From Candidatus Azambacteria bacterium (GTDB lineage Bacteria > Patescibacteriota > Minisyncoccia > GWC2-36-17 > WO2-46-25), in assembly GCA_016234725.1 (NCBI GenBank), contig JACRAK010000012.1:10619-74618 (forward strand): a stretch of DNA of 64,000 bases, written 5' to 3'. This document shows, in pieces, positions 18,398 to 27,756 of this stretch; positions within the stretch are counted from its first letter, which is position 1, and the number at the start of each line of letters is the position of its first letter. The translations under genes were made by a program, and so were the position numbers. The notes below the pieces were generated by a model, which did no database searches, was not told the DNA's origin, and was given only the letters and a program-made list of their open reading frames with translations.

Positions 18398-19783
18398 ATG
18401 AAAAAAGTTTCGCGCATCATTTTGTCTGGACACAAATTGTTAAAGCAAAAAGCTCGGGAAATCTTGGCTATCGACTACGATGTATCCAAACGGGCCGTGG
18501 GCAACGAAGGCATTCTTCATTTGCTGGAAAGTACAACAGTTGGCATGCTGGATCGGAAAGTAAAGCACGGAGAAAATCTTTCGTTCGAGGAAGCATTTTG
18601 CGGAATGTGTTATGTGCTTGCAGCAACAAACGCCCATTTTTATGAAGCATATCGCGGTCTGTTTGAACGAGCCTACGGCAACACAAACTTCACGAGTGAA
18701 AAAGCGCTGGCAATAGCCTCGTCCTTTTTGAGCCTTATGGCGGCGAAAGAATCACTGAATTACCTTACAGCTGAAGAAATTGCTGGAATGGTTGCCGCCG
18801 GAATGATGGACACCGTTATTTCGCTTGATGTGCCAAGGGTCGTTGAAACCTGCGGCATGGGAGGCGACAAAGGATTTCGCCGTTCCCGCGTTGGCATTTC
18901 CAAGAAAACGATCAACGTTTCAACGCTGAGTGCTCTCGTGCTTTCTGCCATCGGACTTCCTGCCGCTAAGCACGGATCCTACGCAAATACATCCGCAGTA
19001 GGCAGCACAGAGGCCATCGAGTTATTTGGGGCAAAAACCTCAATGATATCGGAAGCAGAGGTGTTGGACGTCTTGGAAAAAGCAAACTTTTGCTTTTTTG
19101 ATGCCCACTGGTGCAAAACCATCCATGATTTATCACATCTTTTAATGATGGAAACGATCAATCATGTGATTGGGCCGATGACCCCACCTTTTAGTTCAAA
19201 AACGGAGGTGAACAAGCTCATGGGGGTGAATGAAAAAATTCACCCCAAGACAGTTGCTGAAGCGTATGCGATTCTCCATCAAAAAAGGAAGCAGAATGTT
19301 GGGGGCGTCATCATTGTGTGCGGGCTTGACGAAAAAGCTCGAGGAATTGACCCCCTGAATTTTGCTACGGTTAAGAAGCATGCAATTGTTGATGAAGTAT
19401 CTCCGTATGTTTCTGTGGTTTCCGCGACGCTTAAGGGCGAGTACCTTGGAACATGGATGCTTTCTCCGGAGGATTTTGGGGTTAGCATTGATGCAGAAAA
19501 GATTCAGATCGTTAATAAGCAGGAGGAGATCCAAGAAGCAAATATTGCAGCGTTAAGCGGCGCAAACTCCGAGCTCGCAGACTACCTTGCGGTAAATGCG
19601 GCGCTGGGATTGTACGCAGCGGAATATTTATCGCGAAACGATGCGATTACGCCGAATGGGCTTAATCATCATTACCTGCGAGAATGTTTCAGGCGTTGCC
19701 GAAAGGCAATTTCATCCGGTGCGGCAAAAAATGTTCTTGATGGATATGTGCGGGTAAGTAAAAATGTTCTTTTGTTGACATGA
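18398..19783 (+). CDS. Anthranilate phosphoribosyltransferase family protein (TrpD/TrpD2-like, glycosyltransferase family 3), N-terminally extended
   Basis: CGMGGDKGF and KHGSYANTSAVGSTEAIELFG motifs; SD aaagggaggg; 461 aa. Confidence 0.6.
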   Translation: MKKVSRIILSGHKLLKQKAREILAIDYDVSKRAVGNEGILHLLESTTVGMLDRKVKHGENLSFEEAFCGMCYVLAATNAHFYEAYRGLFERAYGNTNFTSEKALAIASSFLSLMAAKESLNYLTAEEIAGMVAAGMMDTVISLDVPRVVETCGMGGDKGFRRSRVGISKKTINVSTLSALVLSAIGLPAAKHGSYANTSAVGSTEAIELFGAKTSMISEAEVLDVLEKANFCFFDAHWCKTIHDLSHLLMMETINHVIGPMTPPFSSKTEVNKLMGVNEKIHPKTVAEAYAILHQKRKQNVGGVIIVCGLDEKARGIDPLNFATVKKHAIVDEVSPYVSVVSATLKGEYLGTWMLSPEDFGVSIDAEKIQIVNKQEEIQEANIAALSGANSELADYLAVNAALGLYAAEYLSRNDAITPNGLNHHYLRECFRRCRKAISSGAAKNVLDGYVRVSKNVLLLT

Positions 19784-19797
19784 GCAGCATTTTAATA

Positions 19798-19826
19798 AAG
19801 AGGGGGGAAAAATTCTCCCCTCTTTA
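19798..19826 (+). terminator. Intrinsic terminator (aaagagggg-ggaaaaattc-tcccctcttt)
   Basis: Perfect stem and T-run. Confidence 0.6.
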
Positions 19827-19871
19827 TTATTAGAGAAAAAGAGATATAATAAACTTATTGACATTTCATTA

Positions 19872-20690
19872 ATGGATACTAAATTTAAAAAAATATTTAA
19901 TAAGGAAAAAGGGGTCATTGTCGGAGCGATTCATTTTCCGCCACTCCTTGGTTTTTCGGAGTTTCCGGGTTTTGAGATCGCTCGTTTAAATGCGCTTAAG
20001 GACCTCGAAGCGTTCGTTCATGGTGGAGCAGATGCCATTGTTTTTGAAAATAATTATGATATCCCGCACACGGAATTTGTCGGGCCAGAGATTTGCGCAT
20101 CAATGCTTCTTTTAGGCGCAGAAATTAAAAAAGCAACGACCCTGCCTGTTGGGATAAGTGTTTTGTGGAATGATTACAAAACAGCGTTGTCTATCGCGAA
20201 AGTTTTAGACCTTCAATTTATTCGTATACCGGTTTTTGTTGATACCGTTAAAACAAGCTATGGCATCATTGAAGGAAAGCATGAAGAGATCATGGCATAC
20301 AGGAAGAACATTCAAGCGGAACGCATTGCGCTGTTTACTGATATCCATGTTAAGCATGCTGAAACCGTGTCGGCGTTTTCAATAATCGAATCCGCACAGA
20401 GGGCAATCACAAGAGGATCCGATGGGCTAATTGTGACAGGAAAGTGGACGGGCAACGCACCCACCCTTGCTGAGCTCAAGAGCATAAGGGAGGCAGTGGC
20501 AGATTTCCCCGTCATATGCGGCAGCGGAGTTGATAGCAAAAATATTCATGAATTGTTTGAATGTGCAGATGGAGCAATTGTCAGCACTTCTTTAAAAGAA
20601 GGAGTTCGCAAGCAAGGGGAGATAAATGTGAAGGGTTACGAACAGCGCATTGATGAAGAGAGGGTCAGAGAATTGGTGATAAGTATTTAA
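19872..20690 (+). CDS. BtpA/SgcQ family TIM-barrel protein
   Basis: N-terminal GVIVGAIHFPPLLGFSEFPG matches the BtpA signature. Confidence 0.5.
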   Translation: MDTKFKKIFNKEKGVIVGAIHFPPLLGFSEFPGFEIARLNALKDLEAFVHGGADAIVFENNYDIPHTEFVGPEICASMLLLGAEIKKATTLPVGISVLWNDYKTALSIAKVLDLQFIRIPVFVDTVKTSYGIIEGKHEEIMAYRKNIQAERIALFTDIHVKHAETVSAFSIIESAQRAITRGSDGLIVTGKWTGNAPTLAELKSIREAVADFPVICGSGVDSKNIHELFECADGAIVSTSLKEGVRKQGEINVKGYEQRIDEERVRELVISI

Positions 20691-20718
20691 AAACACCGGA
20701 GAGCGTCCGGTGTTTTTA
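20691..20718. terminator. Bidirectional terminator (aaaacaccgga-gagcg-tccggtgttttt)
   Basis: Perfect 9-bp stem with flanking A/T runs between convergent genes. Confidence 0.6.
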
Positions 20719-20733
20719 ATGAGCTAATTAATT

Positions 20734-21708
20734 TCACTCAAAGATTGTTATTTTTGGAGGTCGTACGAAGAACATCACTTCCTCATCCAAATTCTTCACA
20801 GTCATTCCCGATGGAGCAAGGATCACGTGCCCTGTGAGCGGTGCAAAGAGGTTGTGTTTTCCATTAGTGGCAATTTTTTGGCCAGCGATAACCTCTTCGT
20901 AGGGTTTAAATTGTTTCACTAGCGAATAAGAAGCATCGGGAAAGATGAGAGAGCTATCAACAAAGTATTCCCGATATTTCTGATCATTGGTTGTTGTTCC
21001 TCCTTCGATCATTCCAAGATTTTTCAACAAAACCTCGGTGCAGGCAATCGCTCGCGTGAATGCTTGGGGGCTTTCGTGAGATCCCGCTTCAATTCCCATT
21101 ACCGGTATCGAGCCATTTCCATAGAAAAATACAGCGGGTTTCGCTATCTGCACGTTTTCTATGTTGGTAATGATATCTGTGATTGGGAATCCGCGAATCA
21201 ATTGGGGGTGAACAGCCCCGATGTTCATAATCATTCCGTCATTTTCTTGGGTGGTGCTATGAATGTCAAAGCCGACATCAAATTGCTCCCAGATATTTTT
21301 TAGTTCTTGGACACGACGGATTTCATACCGAGAGTCATTTTTGTTGCACCTCATAACATTGTCCGGTAGGCGATTCATATTGATGTCCACGAAACGAGAC
21401 GACATCTTTTCTTCTGTGTTTTTGGCGGCTAAAAATCTTTCAGTTGCGCGAATGTTATTGAGAGAAAAAATAACCACCCCATTTTTAAGACGCTGCTCAA
21501 GTGGAAATTTTTCTCTAAAGTACTCAAGTACCGCGAGTCCGCTAGGCTCATTTCCGTGAGTGTGAATCGTTATGCCGAGCACTGGTCCCGATTTGCTCGC
21601 ACCAATTTTCCAAATCCCACCTACTCCTTGATATGAGGAATTTTTGATAAAATTAAGGTGCTTTTTTAAGTATCCTATCCCTAGGTATTTCGGTGATTTC
21701 GGCTCCAT
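20734..21708 (-). CDS. Succinylglutamate desuccinylase/aspartoacylase (AstE/AspA, M14-like) family protein
   Basis: ITIHTHGNEPSG (HGNE zinc-ligand motif). Confidence 0.5.
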   Translation of the reverse strand: MEPKSPKYLGIGYLKKHLNFIKNSSYQGVGGIWKIGASKSGPVLGITIHTHGNEPSGLAVLEYFREKFPLEQRLKNGVVIFSLNNIRATERFLAAKNTEEKMSSRFVDINMNRLPDNVMRCNKNDSRYEIRRVQELKNIWEQFDVGFDIHSTTQENDGMIMNIGAVHPQLIRGFPITDIITNIENVQIAKPAVFFYGNGSIPVMGIEAGSHESPQAFTRAIACTEVLLKNLGMIEGGTTTNDQKYREYFVDSSLIFPDASYSLVKQFKPYEEVIAGQKIATNGKHNLFAPLTGHVILAPSGMTVKNLDEEVMFFVRPPKITIFE

Positions 21709-21816
21709 TTTAACCTCCTATTTTAAATGAGCAACTAAATTCCTTATTTTTTTGAAGATATCACCTGTGTGTTTTTTTGTAAATACTCGTCAAGCATTAC
21801 ACGCGCCCAAAAAACA

Positions 21817-21848
21817 CCATATCTAGAAAAAAGACGGCATTTGATTGC
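21817..21848. terminator. Bidirectional terminator hairpin, near-copy of 14603-14632
   Basis: aaaaaagacggca-tttgat-tgccgcctttttt. Confidence 0.5.
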
Positions 21849-21871
21849 CGCCTTTTTTGCCGATGATTCTC

Positions 21872-21950
21872 TATTTCGCTGCCGTCAGTCACTTTTTGTA
21901 GCGGGGGAGTGCGCCGGAAACTATCTGCGCATATGTTTCTCGGAGGTGTT
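21872..21950. repeat. Conserved about 75-bp noncoding element, copy A
   Basis: about 88% identical to 24551-24624 (…cactttttgtagcgggggagt…ccggaaactatctg…atatgtttctcg.aggtgt.tggtc). Confidence 0.55.
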
Positions 21951-22080
21951 TGGTCATCGGACCTTCTTTTTGCTTGTTAAATACAACGCCGTCGATTTTC
22001 CCGATGCCGTTCACTTCCACCGCAGTGCCGCAAAAAACGCTTCATCGAATTTTTTATAGTAAGAAAAATAAAAACCCCGG

Positions 22081-22821
22081 CTAATGAGCCGGGGTTTTTA
22101 TTAATTCAATTACCTTATCAAGAAAGAGGGTAAAATTTTGCTTTGTTTTCTTATGCTTCTTGTATAATTGCAAGACTTTTTGTCTTATTTCTTTGTGACC
22201 ATAATAGCCGCGGTCAGGAAGATAAAGAAATTCGGAAAGATCCTCGTTTAGCAAAACTGTTAAAATTTCTTTTAGGTCCCCGACCTGTTTCTCGCCCAAT
22301 CCTTTTTCATTACAATAACCGCTATATCTTTTTAAAAATTCTATATGCATGATCTCGTGCGATGCTGTATTGGGGAAATCGCTAAATTGATTAAACATGA
22401 AGCTGTTCTTTCCAAAAGGAATTCTTTTCCCGAAGGTAAAATAAGCGCGATATTCTTTTTCAAATTCTTTAAGAGGAATATCTAGCATTTTTGAAAGACC
22501 TAAAAGGCATTCCTTGCCTGCTTCACCCCATCTTTTTTCTGCTCTTGCTGATATGTCTTTTATAATATGCGTTGCTTTGGGTGTTTTTAAGAATTTATCA
22601 AGAACCTTTTCTATTTTAGGAAGAATTTTTTCTTCGGAATCTGTTTTTTCAGCGAGTAATTCAATTTCCTGAGGAATGCCGCCCAAATCCCATTTTTTAT
22701 GCCCGCCGGCATCATACGATATATTTTTGACACATGAATCAACCCAATTTTTTAATTCCCAATCCTTATTAAATTCAAGTGTGATTTTAGGGAATAAGTT
22801 CTTTTTTGAGGCATTTTTCAT
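22081..22821 (-). CDS. HExxH-motif putative metallopeptidase (paralog, module A)
   Basis: Start set at MKNASKK; TASHEIMHIEF … ILTVLLNEDL, homologous to 28265 protein (TAMHEIMHIFF … MTVLLNLWF). Confidence 0.45.
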   Translation of the reverse strand: MKNASKKNLFPKITLEFNKDWELKNWVDSCVKNISYDAGGHKKWDLGGIPQEIELLAEKTDSEEKILPKIEKVLDKFLKTPKATHIIKDISARAEKRWGEAGKECLLGLSKMLDIPLKEFEKEYRAYFTFGKRIPFGKNSFMFNQFSDFPNTASHEIMHIEFLKRYSGYCNEKGLGEKQVGDLKEILTVLLNEDLSEFLYLPDRGYYGHKEIRQKVLQLYKKHKKTKQNFTLFLDKVIELIKTPAH

Positions 22822-22854
22822 GCGTTTAAAATACCATAAAAAGAGAAAATGCGC

Positions 22855-22890
22855 TAGCCTATTTAGGCTAGCGCATTTTGAGGCCGGAGA
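22855..22890 (-). terminator. Intrinsic terminator after peptide A (gcgctagccta-aat-aggctagcgc + U-rich)
   Basis: Perfect 10-bp stem immediately after peptide stop. Confidence 0.55.
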
Positions 22891-22894
22891 AGCG

Positions 22895-23026
22895 TTAATA
22901 ATCAGTGCAGCAGTCTCCGTCAGGACAGTCGCAGTCACTACACTGACTCGTGCAATCGAGCAAGGTCTTGCTGGCGACTTCTGATTCAGCAAGAACCAAA
23001 ACTCGATTTTTATCTGTTGTTCCCAT
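22895..23026 (-). CDS. Cys-rich RiPP precursor candidate A (43 aa, six Cys; SCIFF/ranthipeptide-like)
   Basis: Manual ORF MGTTDKNRVLVLAESEVASKTLLDCTSQCSDCDCPDGDCCTDY*; perfect SD aaggaggtgatc; ATG directly abuts the rSAM stop. Confidence 0.6.
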   Translation of the reverse strand: MGTTDKNRVLVLAESEVASKTLLDCTSQCSDCDCPDGDCCTDY

Positions 23027-24115
23027 TTAGATCACCTCCTTTGTTTTGACATGCCCCCAAATTAACTGTAAGGCTTTAAGTTCAATTAATCGTGGAATCA
23101 TGATCTTAAAGAGTTTGCAGTATGGGGAAGAAGTGGTGGCTAGGTCATGAGCTCCAAAATTGATGACGGGACATCCGCCCCCACAAACAAGAGACCACTG
23201 GCAATCTTGACAGCCCTTGTAATCAAGCACATCTTTTGAATGTAGTTCGGGAAAAGTGTCTTGAGACCACGCCATTTCCAAAAAGGTTTTCTTGGTTTCA
23301 AGATTGCCTATCGGCTTTTTATCCATCCTTGCCTGGCAAACAAATACATTGCCGTTATGATCAACGGCTACGCCGGAATGGCCAAGATTGCACCCTCGTA
23401 AATGAGGCTTCCTATCGAGATGAATCTCGCACAGCTGTTGCGCGGCAACGGCGCTATGATTACGAATTGCAAGAGCGTAATAATCATAGCAATCATTAAG
23501 GGCGCTCGAAGCTTTTTTCATAAAGTCTTCGTATCCCTTAAAATCTCCTACATTATCCCGATATAGACCATAACGAAACGGAATGCTTGCATCAATCAAA
23601 AAACGGCTCAGCATAGGCACGCCGGAAATATTTCTATCCGTTATGGTTGTTAGTATCGTCGGGCGGACATCATTCCCCATGCATAAGTTCAGATTTTTGG
23701 CCACGACATCAAAAGAACCGGTGCCAGCGCCGAAGAAGCGTGTTTTGTTGTGCCACTCACCTAAACCATCTAACGACATACAGACCCTCACCGAGTTATC
23801 TTTAATCATCTTTATTAGATTAAGATCGAGCAGAGTCCCGTTTGTCAGTAAGATTAATTTAGCGCGAATACCTTTTTCTACGAATCGTTTCTGAGTCTGT
23901 TCGATCAAAAAATTAATCAACGTTTTATGCAGCGTGGGCTCTCCTCCAGCAAGACGTATTGTTACTAGGTCCAGACCGTGATGGCTTACAGTTTGTTCAA
24001 GCTTATCCAGATATAAGCTTGCTGTCTGAAAAGACATGAACTTTTTGTCCTTATTTATATAACAGTAAGGACATTTTAAATTACAGCAGTTGGCTATATG
24101 GAGCCATGTGCTCAT
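23027..24115 (-). CDS. Radical SAM/SPASM-domain peptide maturase A
   Basis: CNLKCPYC (CxxxCxxC) and C-terminal SPASM CQDCQWSLVCGGGC; start at MSTWLH (upstream TTG extension possible). Confidence 0.7.
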   Translation of the reverse strand: MSTWLHIANCCNLKCPYCYINKDKKFMSFQTASLYLDKLEQTVSHHGLDLVTIRLAGGEPTLHKTLINFLIEQTQKRFVEKGIRAKLILLTNGTLLDLNLIKMIKDNSVRVCMSLDGLGEWHNKTRFFGAGTGSFDVVAKNLNLCMGNDVRPTILTTITDRNISGVPMLSRFLIDASIPFRYGLYRDNVGDFKGYEDFMKKASSALNDCYDYYALAIRNHSAVAAQQLCEIHLDRKPHLRGCNLGHSGVAVDHNGNVFVCQARMDKKPIGNLETKKTFLEMAWSQDTFPELHSKDVLDYKGCQDCQWSLVCGGGCPVINFGAHDLATTSSPYCKLFKIMIPRLIELKALQLIWGHVKTKEVI

Positions 24116-24185
24116 GCCCTTAACATTGTTTTTTTCTAGACTAGGTCTAAACAGCGGAGCATCTTTTGGTTGAATAAGTCCGTTT

Positions 24186-24491
24186 TCAAGCAGAAGTTTT
24201 ATCCGTGGCAAATCTTTCTCGGTCTGAAAAAGGGACAGATTGTCTATAAAGAAGCTTAGTTCTCATGTCGAGCAGGACCACGCCTCTTTTGCTTCCAGGG
24301 ACAAGCGCATAACCATAGCCGTCTACTTCTCCTGTGTAACAATTACCCGTCTTTTTATATGCCTCTATTTCCCTCATTTTCTTTCCTCCGTAGGTTTTAT
24401 GATGTTGTAAAAGATCTTTTCGTATTTGTCTTTCTAATAACATAACAATAGCGTTTTTGTCAAATTCTTCATAAGAAGGGTTACTAATCAA
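24186..24491 (-). CDS. Hypothetical 101-aa protein upstream of rSAM A (non-ATG start)
   Basis: ORF with TTG start and no SD; possibly an accessory/RRE-like protein or not expressed. Confidence 0.2.
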   Translation of the reverse strand: MISNPSYEEFDKNAIVMLLERQIRKDLLQHHKTYGGKKMREIEAYKKTGNCYTGEVDGYGYALVPGSKRGVVLLDMRTKLLYRQSVPFSDRERFATDKTSA

Positions 24492-24502
24492 TAAAAATGA
24501 AA

Positions 24503-24529
24503 AACTCCCTTTCTAAGGAGTTTTTCTTG
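24503..24529. terminator. Bidirectional terminator hairpin (aaaaactccc-tttctaa-gggagttttt)
   Basis: Perfect stem with flanking A/T runs; followed by repeat copy B. Confidence 0.5.
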
Positions 24530-24550
24530 GTTCGCGTTTTTACTGTACAA

Positions 24551-24624
24551 CCGTCAACCACTTTTTGTAGCGGGGGAGTTTGCCGGAAACTATCTGGGTA
24601 TATGTTTCTCGCAGGTGTCTGGTC
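24551..24624. repeat. Conserved about 75-bp noncoding element, copy B
   Basis: see 21872-21950. Confidence 0.55.
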
Positions 24625-24686
24625 GTGGATCGGTAAGCATTGTAAATAAAAGACCTTTTGTGTAGGATACAAGCGAAAGGAAAACC

Positions 24687-25400
24687 ATGATCCCACGACT
24701 TGTCCAGCAAATCACCTATTGGCCGATATACCTCTTTTTTAAAGTGTTTTTTTGTTTTCGCGTGGAAGGACAGGAGAATCTGAAAGGACTGGAAGACAAG
24801 CCGGTTATTTTTGCGTCAAACCATGCAAGCTTTCTCGATGGTCCCATGTGTGCAGTGGCGATGCCGCGGGAAGGAATCGTACCAAAAAAGTTTTTTGCCA
24901 TGCGGTTTCTTGTCGCAAAAGAAGCGTTCGCGTTGGTAAAAAACGTCGTTCCGTTTCCCATATCTATAATCTTTGCGATCTATGTGCGTATGAATGGGGG
25001 CGTTCCCGTGGTGAGAGGCATGAACAATATTCAAAAAAATCTTGAGGAAGCAGTGAGGATACTTAGCAAGGGAACAAAAATGTGGATTTTCCCGGAAGGG
25101 AAACTGTCAAAAGACGGAACGCTTCAAAAAGGGAAGCGGGGCGTTGCCTATTTGCATCAAGCAACTAGCGCGGCTATTGTGCCGGTAGGGCTTATCGGCA
25201 CGTGTCGCATGCCTTCACAATTTTTTCGTTTCCAGCGTCCGTGCGTGACGGTGCGCATTGGCTTGCCAATGCATATTCCCGAAGGCGTTTCCTTGGAAGA
25301 GGGGACGGACATGATAATGAAGGAAATAGGACTGCTTCTTAGTGGCATGGCCACTTCATTGACCACGGCACGCGTAGAAAAAGCGCCATCAGCGATTTAA
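24687..25400 (+). CDS. plsC: 1-acyl-sn-glycerol-3-phosphate acyltransferase (PlsC family)
   Basis: NHASFLDG (HX4D) and FPEG motifs; putative promoter TTGTAA-17-TAGGAT at 24638-24666. Confidence 0.7.
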   Translation: MIPRLVQQITYWPIYLFFKVFFCFRVEGQENLKGLEDKPVIFASNHASFLDGPMCAVAMPREGIVPKKFFAMRFLVAKEAFALVKNVVPFPISIIFAIYVRMNGGVPVVRGMNNIQKNLEEAVRILSKGTKMWIFPEGKLSKDGTLQKGKRGVAYLHQATSAAIVPVGLIGTCRMPSQFFRFQRPCVTVRIGLPMHIPEGVSLEEGTDMIMKEIGLLLSGMATSLTTARVEKAPSAI

Positions 25401-25419
25401 ATTAGAAAATAAAAAGGCG

Positions 25420-25455
25420 GCGTAGGCGATAATTGAATCGCCGCCTTTTTATTTT
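25420..25455. terminator. Bidirectional terminator (aaaaaggcggcg…cgccgccttttt)
   Basis: GC stem with A/T flanks after plsC. Confidence 0.55.
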
Positions 25456-25465
25456 AGAATAACTC

Positions 25466-25561
25466 CACCCTCTTTTGTTTTTTGCCGACAGGATCAGAAA
25501 AACCGGGCGTGGCGGAAGTTATGGCGGAAAGCTTTGAAAAATAAAGGTTTTTTGGTATCAT
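25466..25561 (+). promoter_or_regulatory. Conserved regulatory element copy 1 (GGCGGAA-N5-GGCGGAA direct repeat + TTGAAA-N17-TATCAT promoter)
   Basis: Shares the core (a)tc(t/a)gaaaaaccgggcgtggcggaagttatggcggaaa(a/g)ctttgaaaaataaa with copies 2 and 3. Confidence 0.6.
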
Positions 25562-25567
25562 GAAAAC

Positions 25568-26587
25568 ATGAAGCTACGATTTATAACATCAAAAATAGAG
25601 AATCAATTCTTCTTTATCGCGAATCTTTCTGAATGGCATTTTTCATGTCGATTAGATTATAACCAGGCGTGGATCGAGGAAACAGGAGCATTGAGCAATG
25701 AAGAGAAAAGGAAGCTCAAAGTCTTCGCAAGTATCTTGCAGAAACATGGATTTACTTACGATAAGAATGGAAAAACAAAATACATCGGTAAATATTTTTA
25801 TTGTTATTCGGAGGAAAAAGCATGGGAAGAATTGGGAAAAAATATTACCAAAAAAGAGGCCCTAAGAATAAAAAATGTTTTTAAGATTTTTGAACCACGA
25901 TTTGAAAAAACATGGAACCCGCAAGAGCTCGCGGCAAGAGTAAAAACAATACAAAGTTTTACAAAAGAAAAAAGATGGAAGGAGCTCGTGCAGCGCGTAA
26001 ATATATTATTTGGGGGGCCTGCCATAACAAAAAAGATTTTTATTGTTGTCTTGATTTCTCCTCTGGCAGGAGAAGGAGTGACGGCTGCCGGTAGCGCAAA
26101 TAACGGAGATCAATGCATAACATACGAGATTCCCAAATTAAAAAATGGAGGGTGGGAGCGTGATTATTCTATGGGAGTTTTAGCTCACGAGATCGCTCAC
26201 GCGTTGTTTTCTAAAAAAGGCGGCGAAAAAGAGATTGCAAAGATTATTAAAAAAGAAAATATTCCTGCGCATATAAAAGGATTCCCCACGAGCGCTGTTT
26301 CTGTGATTAACGAGGCCATTACAGAGAGCTTTATTCCCCTCGGCTACCTTGGTCAAAAATATGCTGGGAGAGACCTCGCTCCGTTATTGTTAGATAATAG
26401 CGATAAAGGATGGCTCACAGAAGAAAAGACAAAGAAAGAGAGAGGAATTAATTACCGCAATATAAGAAAATATCTTATCTGGCAATTGTATCCTCTTGCT
26501 GTTATATATGGACGACAAAGTAAATCCATCGATGCATATTTTATCAGGCAGGCAGTATTATTACTGAAAAATGCGCTCGGCAAATAA
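25568..26587 (+). CDS. HExxH-motif putative metallopeptidase (paralog, module B)
   Basis: 339 aa; GVLAHEIAHALF … VINEAITESF. Confidence 0.4.
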   Translation: MKLRFITSKIENQFFFIANLSEWHFSCRLDYNQAWIEETGALSNEEKRKLKVFASILQKHGFTYDKNGKTKYIGKYFYCYSEEKAWEELGKNITKKEALRIKNVFKIFEPRFEKTWNPQELAARVKTIQSFTKEKRWKELVQRVNILFGGPAITKKIFIVVLISPLAGEGVTAAGSANNGDQCITYEIPKLKNGGWERDYSMGVLAHEIAHALFSKKGGEKEIAKIIKKENIPAHIKGFPTSAVSVINEAITESFIPLGYLGQKYAGRDLAPLLLDNSDKGWLTEEKTKKERGINYRNIRKYLIWQLYPLAVIYGRQSKSIDAYFIRQAVLLLKNALGK

Positions 26588-26601
26588 AAAAAAGGCAACC
26601 G

Positions 26602-27681
26602 TTAGGGTGCCTGTGGTATTGCCGATGCTTTTTGGAGAAAAAGCTTGATGTAGTCGAACATCCTTTTTCTTGTCTCGCAAAAAGGGTAGTCTCCGCCATA
26701 GTTTCCTGTCGCCCAGTAGGAGTCGGCTCTGCATCCGCCACGACAAATTGCTACATATTCGCAACGGCCGCATTTTTCAGCATTGTGATTGCTTCTTATT
26801 TCAGCGAGCGCCTTAGTTTTTGATCCCGCTAAAGCATTGATCAGTGATTGGCTGAGGATGTTACCAAGCATAAACCTCTCTTCCACCAATGAACCACAGG
26901 GAACGATGTTTCCTTCTTGATCAATGGTGATCATTTTCTTTAAGCAAGAGTTAGCAAAGGAGCACCCTCTCGGTCTCTGGCCAAGAAGCGAGCGCATCAT
27001 TGTGTCGAGCGGCTCGATTGAGGGAAAAGAGTTTTCCGTATGCGCCCAAAGATCGAATACGTCCTTATAGAAAGCAAACATTTCATCGTTTGAGGGCATT
27101 ATCGGTCTTTCTGAAAGTGGCACGCTTTTTAGAGGCAGCAAGCCAAATGAGTTCACGCCGAGAGCTTCATAGAAATGAAATATCTCTTTGGCGCGAGAAA
27201 CATTTAGTTTACTTATAACAGAAAGAACACCAAGAGGCATGCCAGTCGCTTTTATTTCTGCGCAAGTTCTTAATAGCGCACTTATATCAGAGCGGCGATG
27301 AGCTATGTATACATCTGTTGGCGCATCAAGACTAATCCCCACATGGAAATCATTCTTTTGAAGAAAATCAATCCACGAGGCATCCAGCAAGAGGCCGTTT
27401 GTTTGGATGTTGTTGTGATATACAATGCCTCTTTTTTCCGTTTCCTCCTTCTGGGCATTTATTACTTCTTGATAAAAATTTTTACCAACAAGAAGCGGTT
27501 CGCCGCCATGCCAGCAGAACTCGACACTGTCAAAGCCGATGGAGGCATTATGAATCATAACCCTGATGTTTTTTATCTCGAACTTTTTTATGTTTCTTCG
27601 AGAGGCGCGTGAGTAACAATACACGCACTGAATGTTGCAGTCAGATCCCGTGATCATGATGATCGTCATGGCTTTCTTCAT
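26602..27681 (-). CDS. Radical SAM/SPASM-domain peptide maturase B
   Basis: CNIQCVYC and SPASM CGRCEYVAICRGGC. Confidence 0.7.
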   Translation of the reverse strand: MKKAMTIIMITGSDCNIQCVYCYSRASRRNIKKFEIKNIRVMIHNASIGFDSVEFCWHGGEPLLVGKNFYQEVINAQKEETEKRGIVYHNNIQTNGLLLDASWIDFLQKNDFHVGISLDAPTDVYIAHRRSDISALLRTCAEIKATGMPLGVLSVISKLNVSRAKEIFHFYEALGVNSFGLLPLKSVPLSERPIMPSNDEMFAFYKDVFDLWAHTENSFPSIEPLDTMMRSLLGQRPRGCSFANSCLKKMITIDQEGNIVPCGSLVEERFMLGNILSQSLINALAGSKTKALAEIRSNHNAEKCGRCEYVAICRGGCRADSYWATGNYGGDYPFCETRKRMFDYIKLFLQKASAIPQAP

Positions 27682-27756
27682 AAAATTCGCTCCCGTGTTT
27701 TTTTGAATGCGGATGTGGAGGGAGGGGGTATTTACTACCCCCTCCTGTTCGAGCTA

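Noticed and set aside
21769-22059. 96-aa ORF (+) over repeat copy A and 70-aa ORF 24484-24696 (-) over copy B
   Set aside because: The two repeat copies are in the same orientation but the ORFs are on opposite strands; no SD. The conservation is nucleotide-level, so non-coding.
24186-24211. Overlap between rSAM A N-terminal extension (ORF-track start 24211, TTG) and upstream 101-aa ORF
   Set aside because: Resolved by using ATG 24115 (MSTWLH…) for the rSAM. The 101-aa ORF is kept only as low-confidence because of TTG start and no SD.
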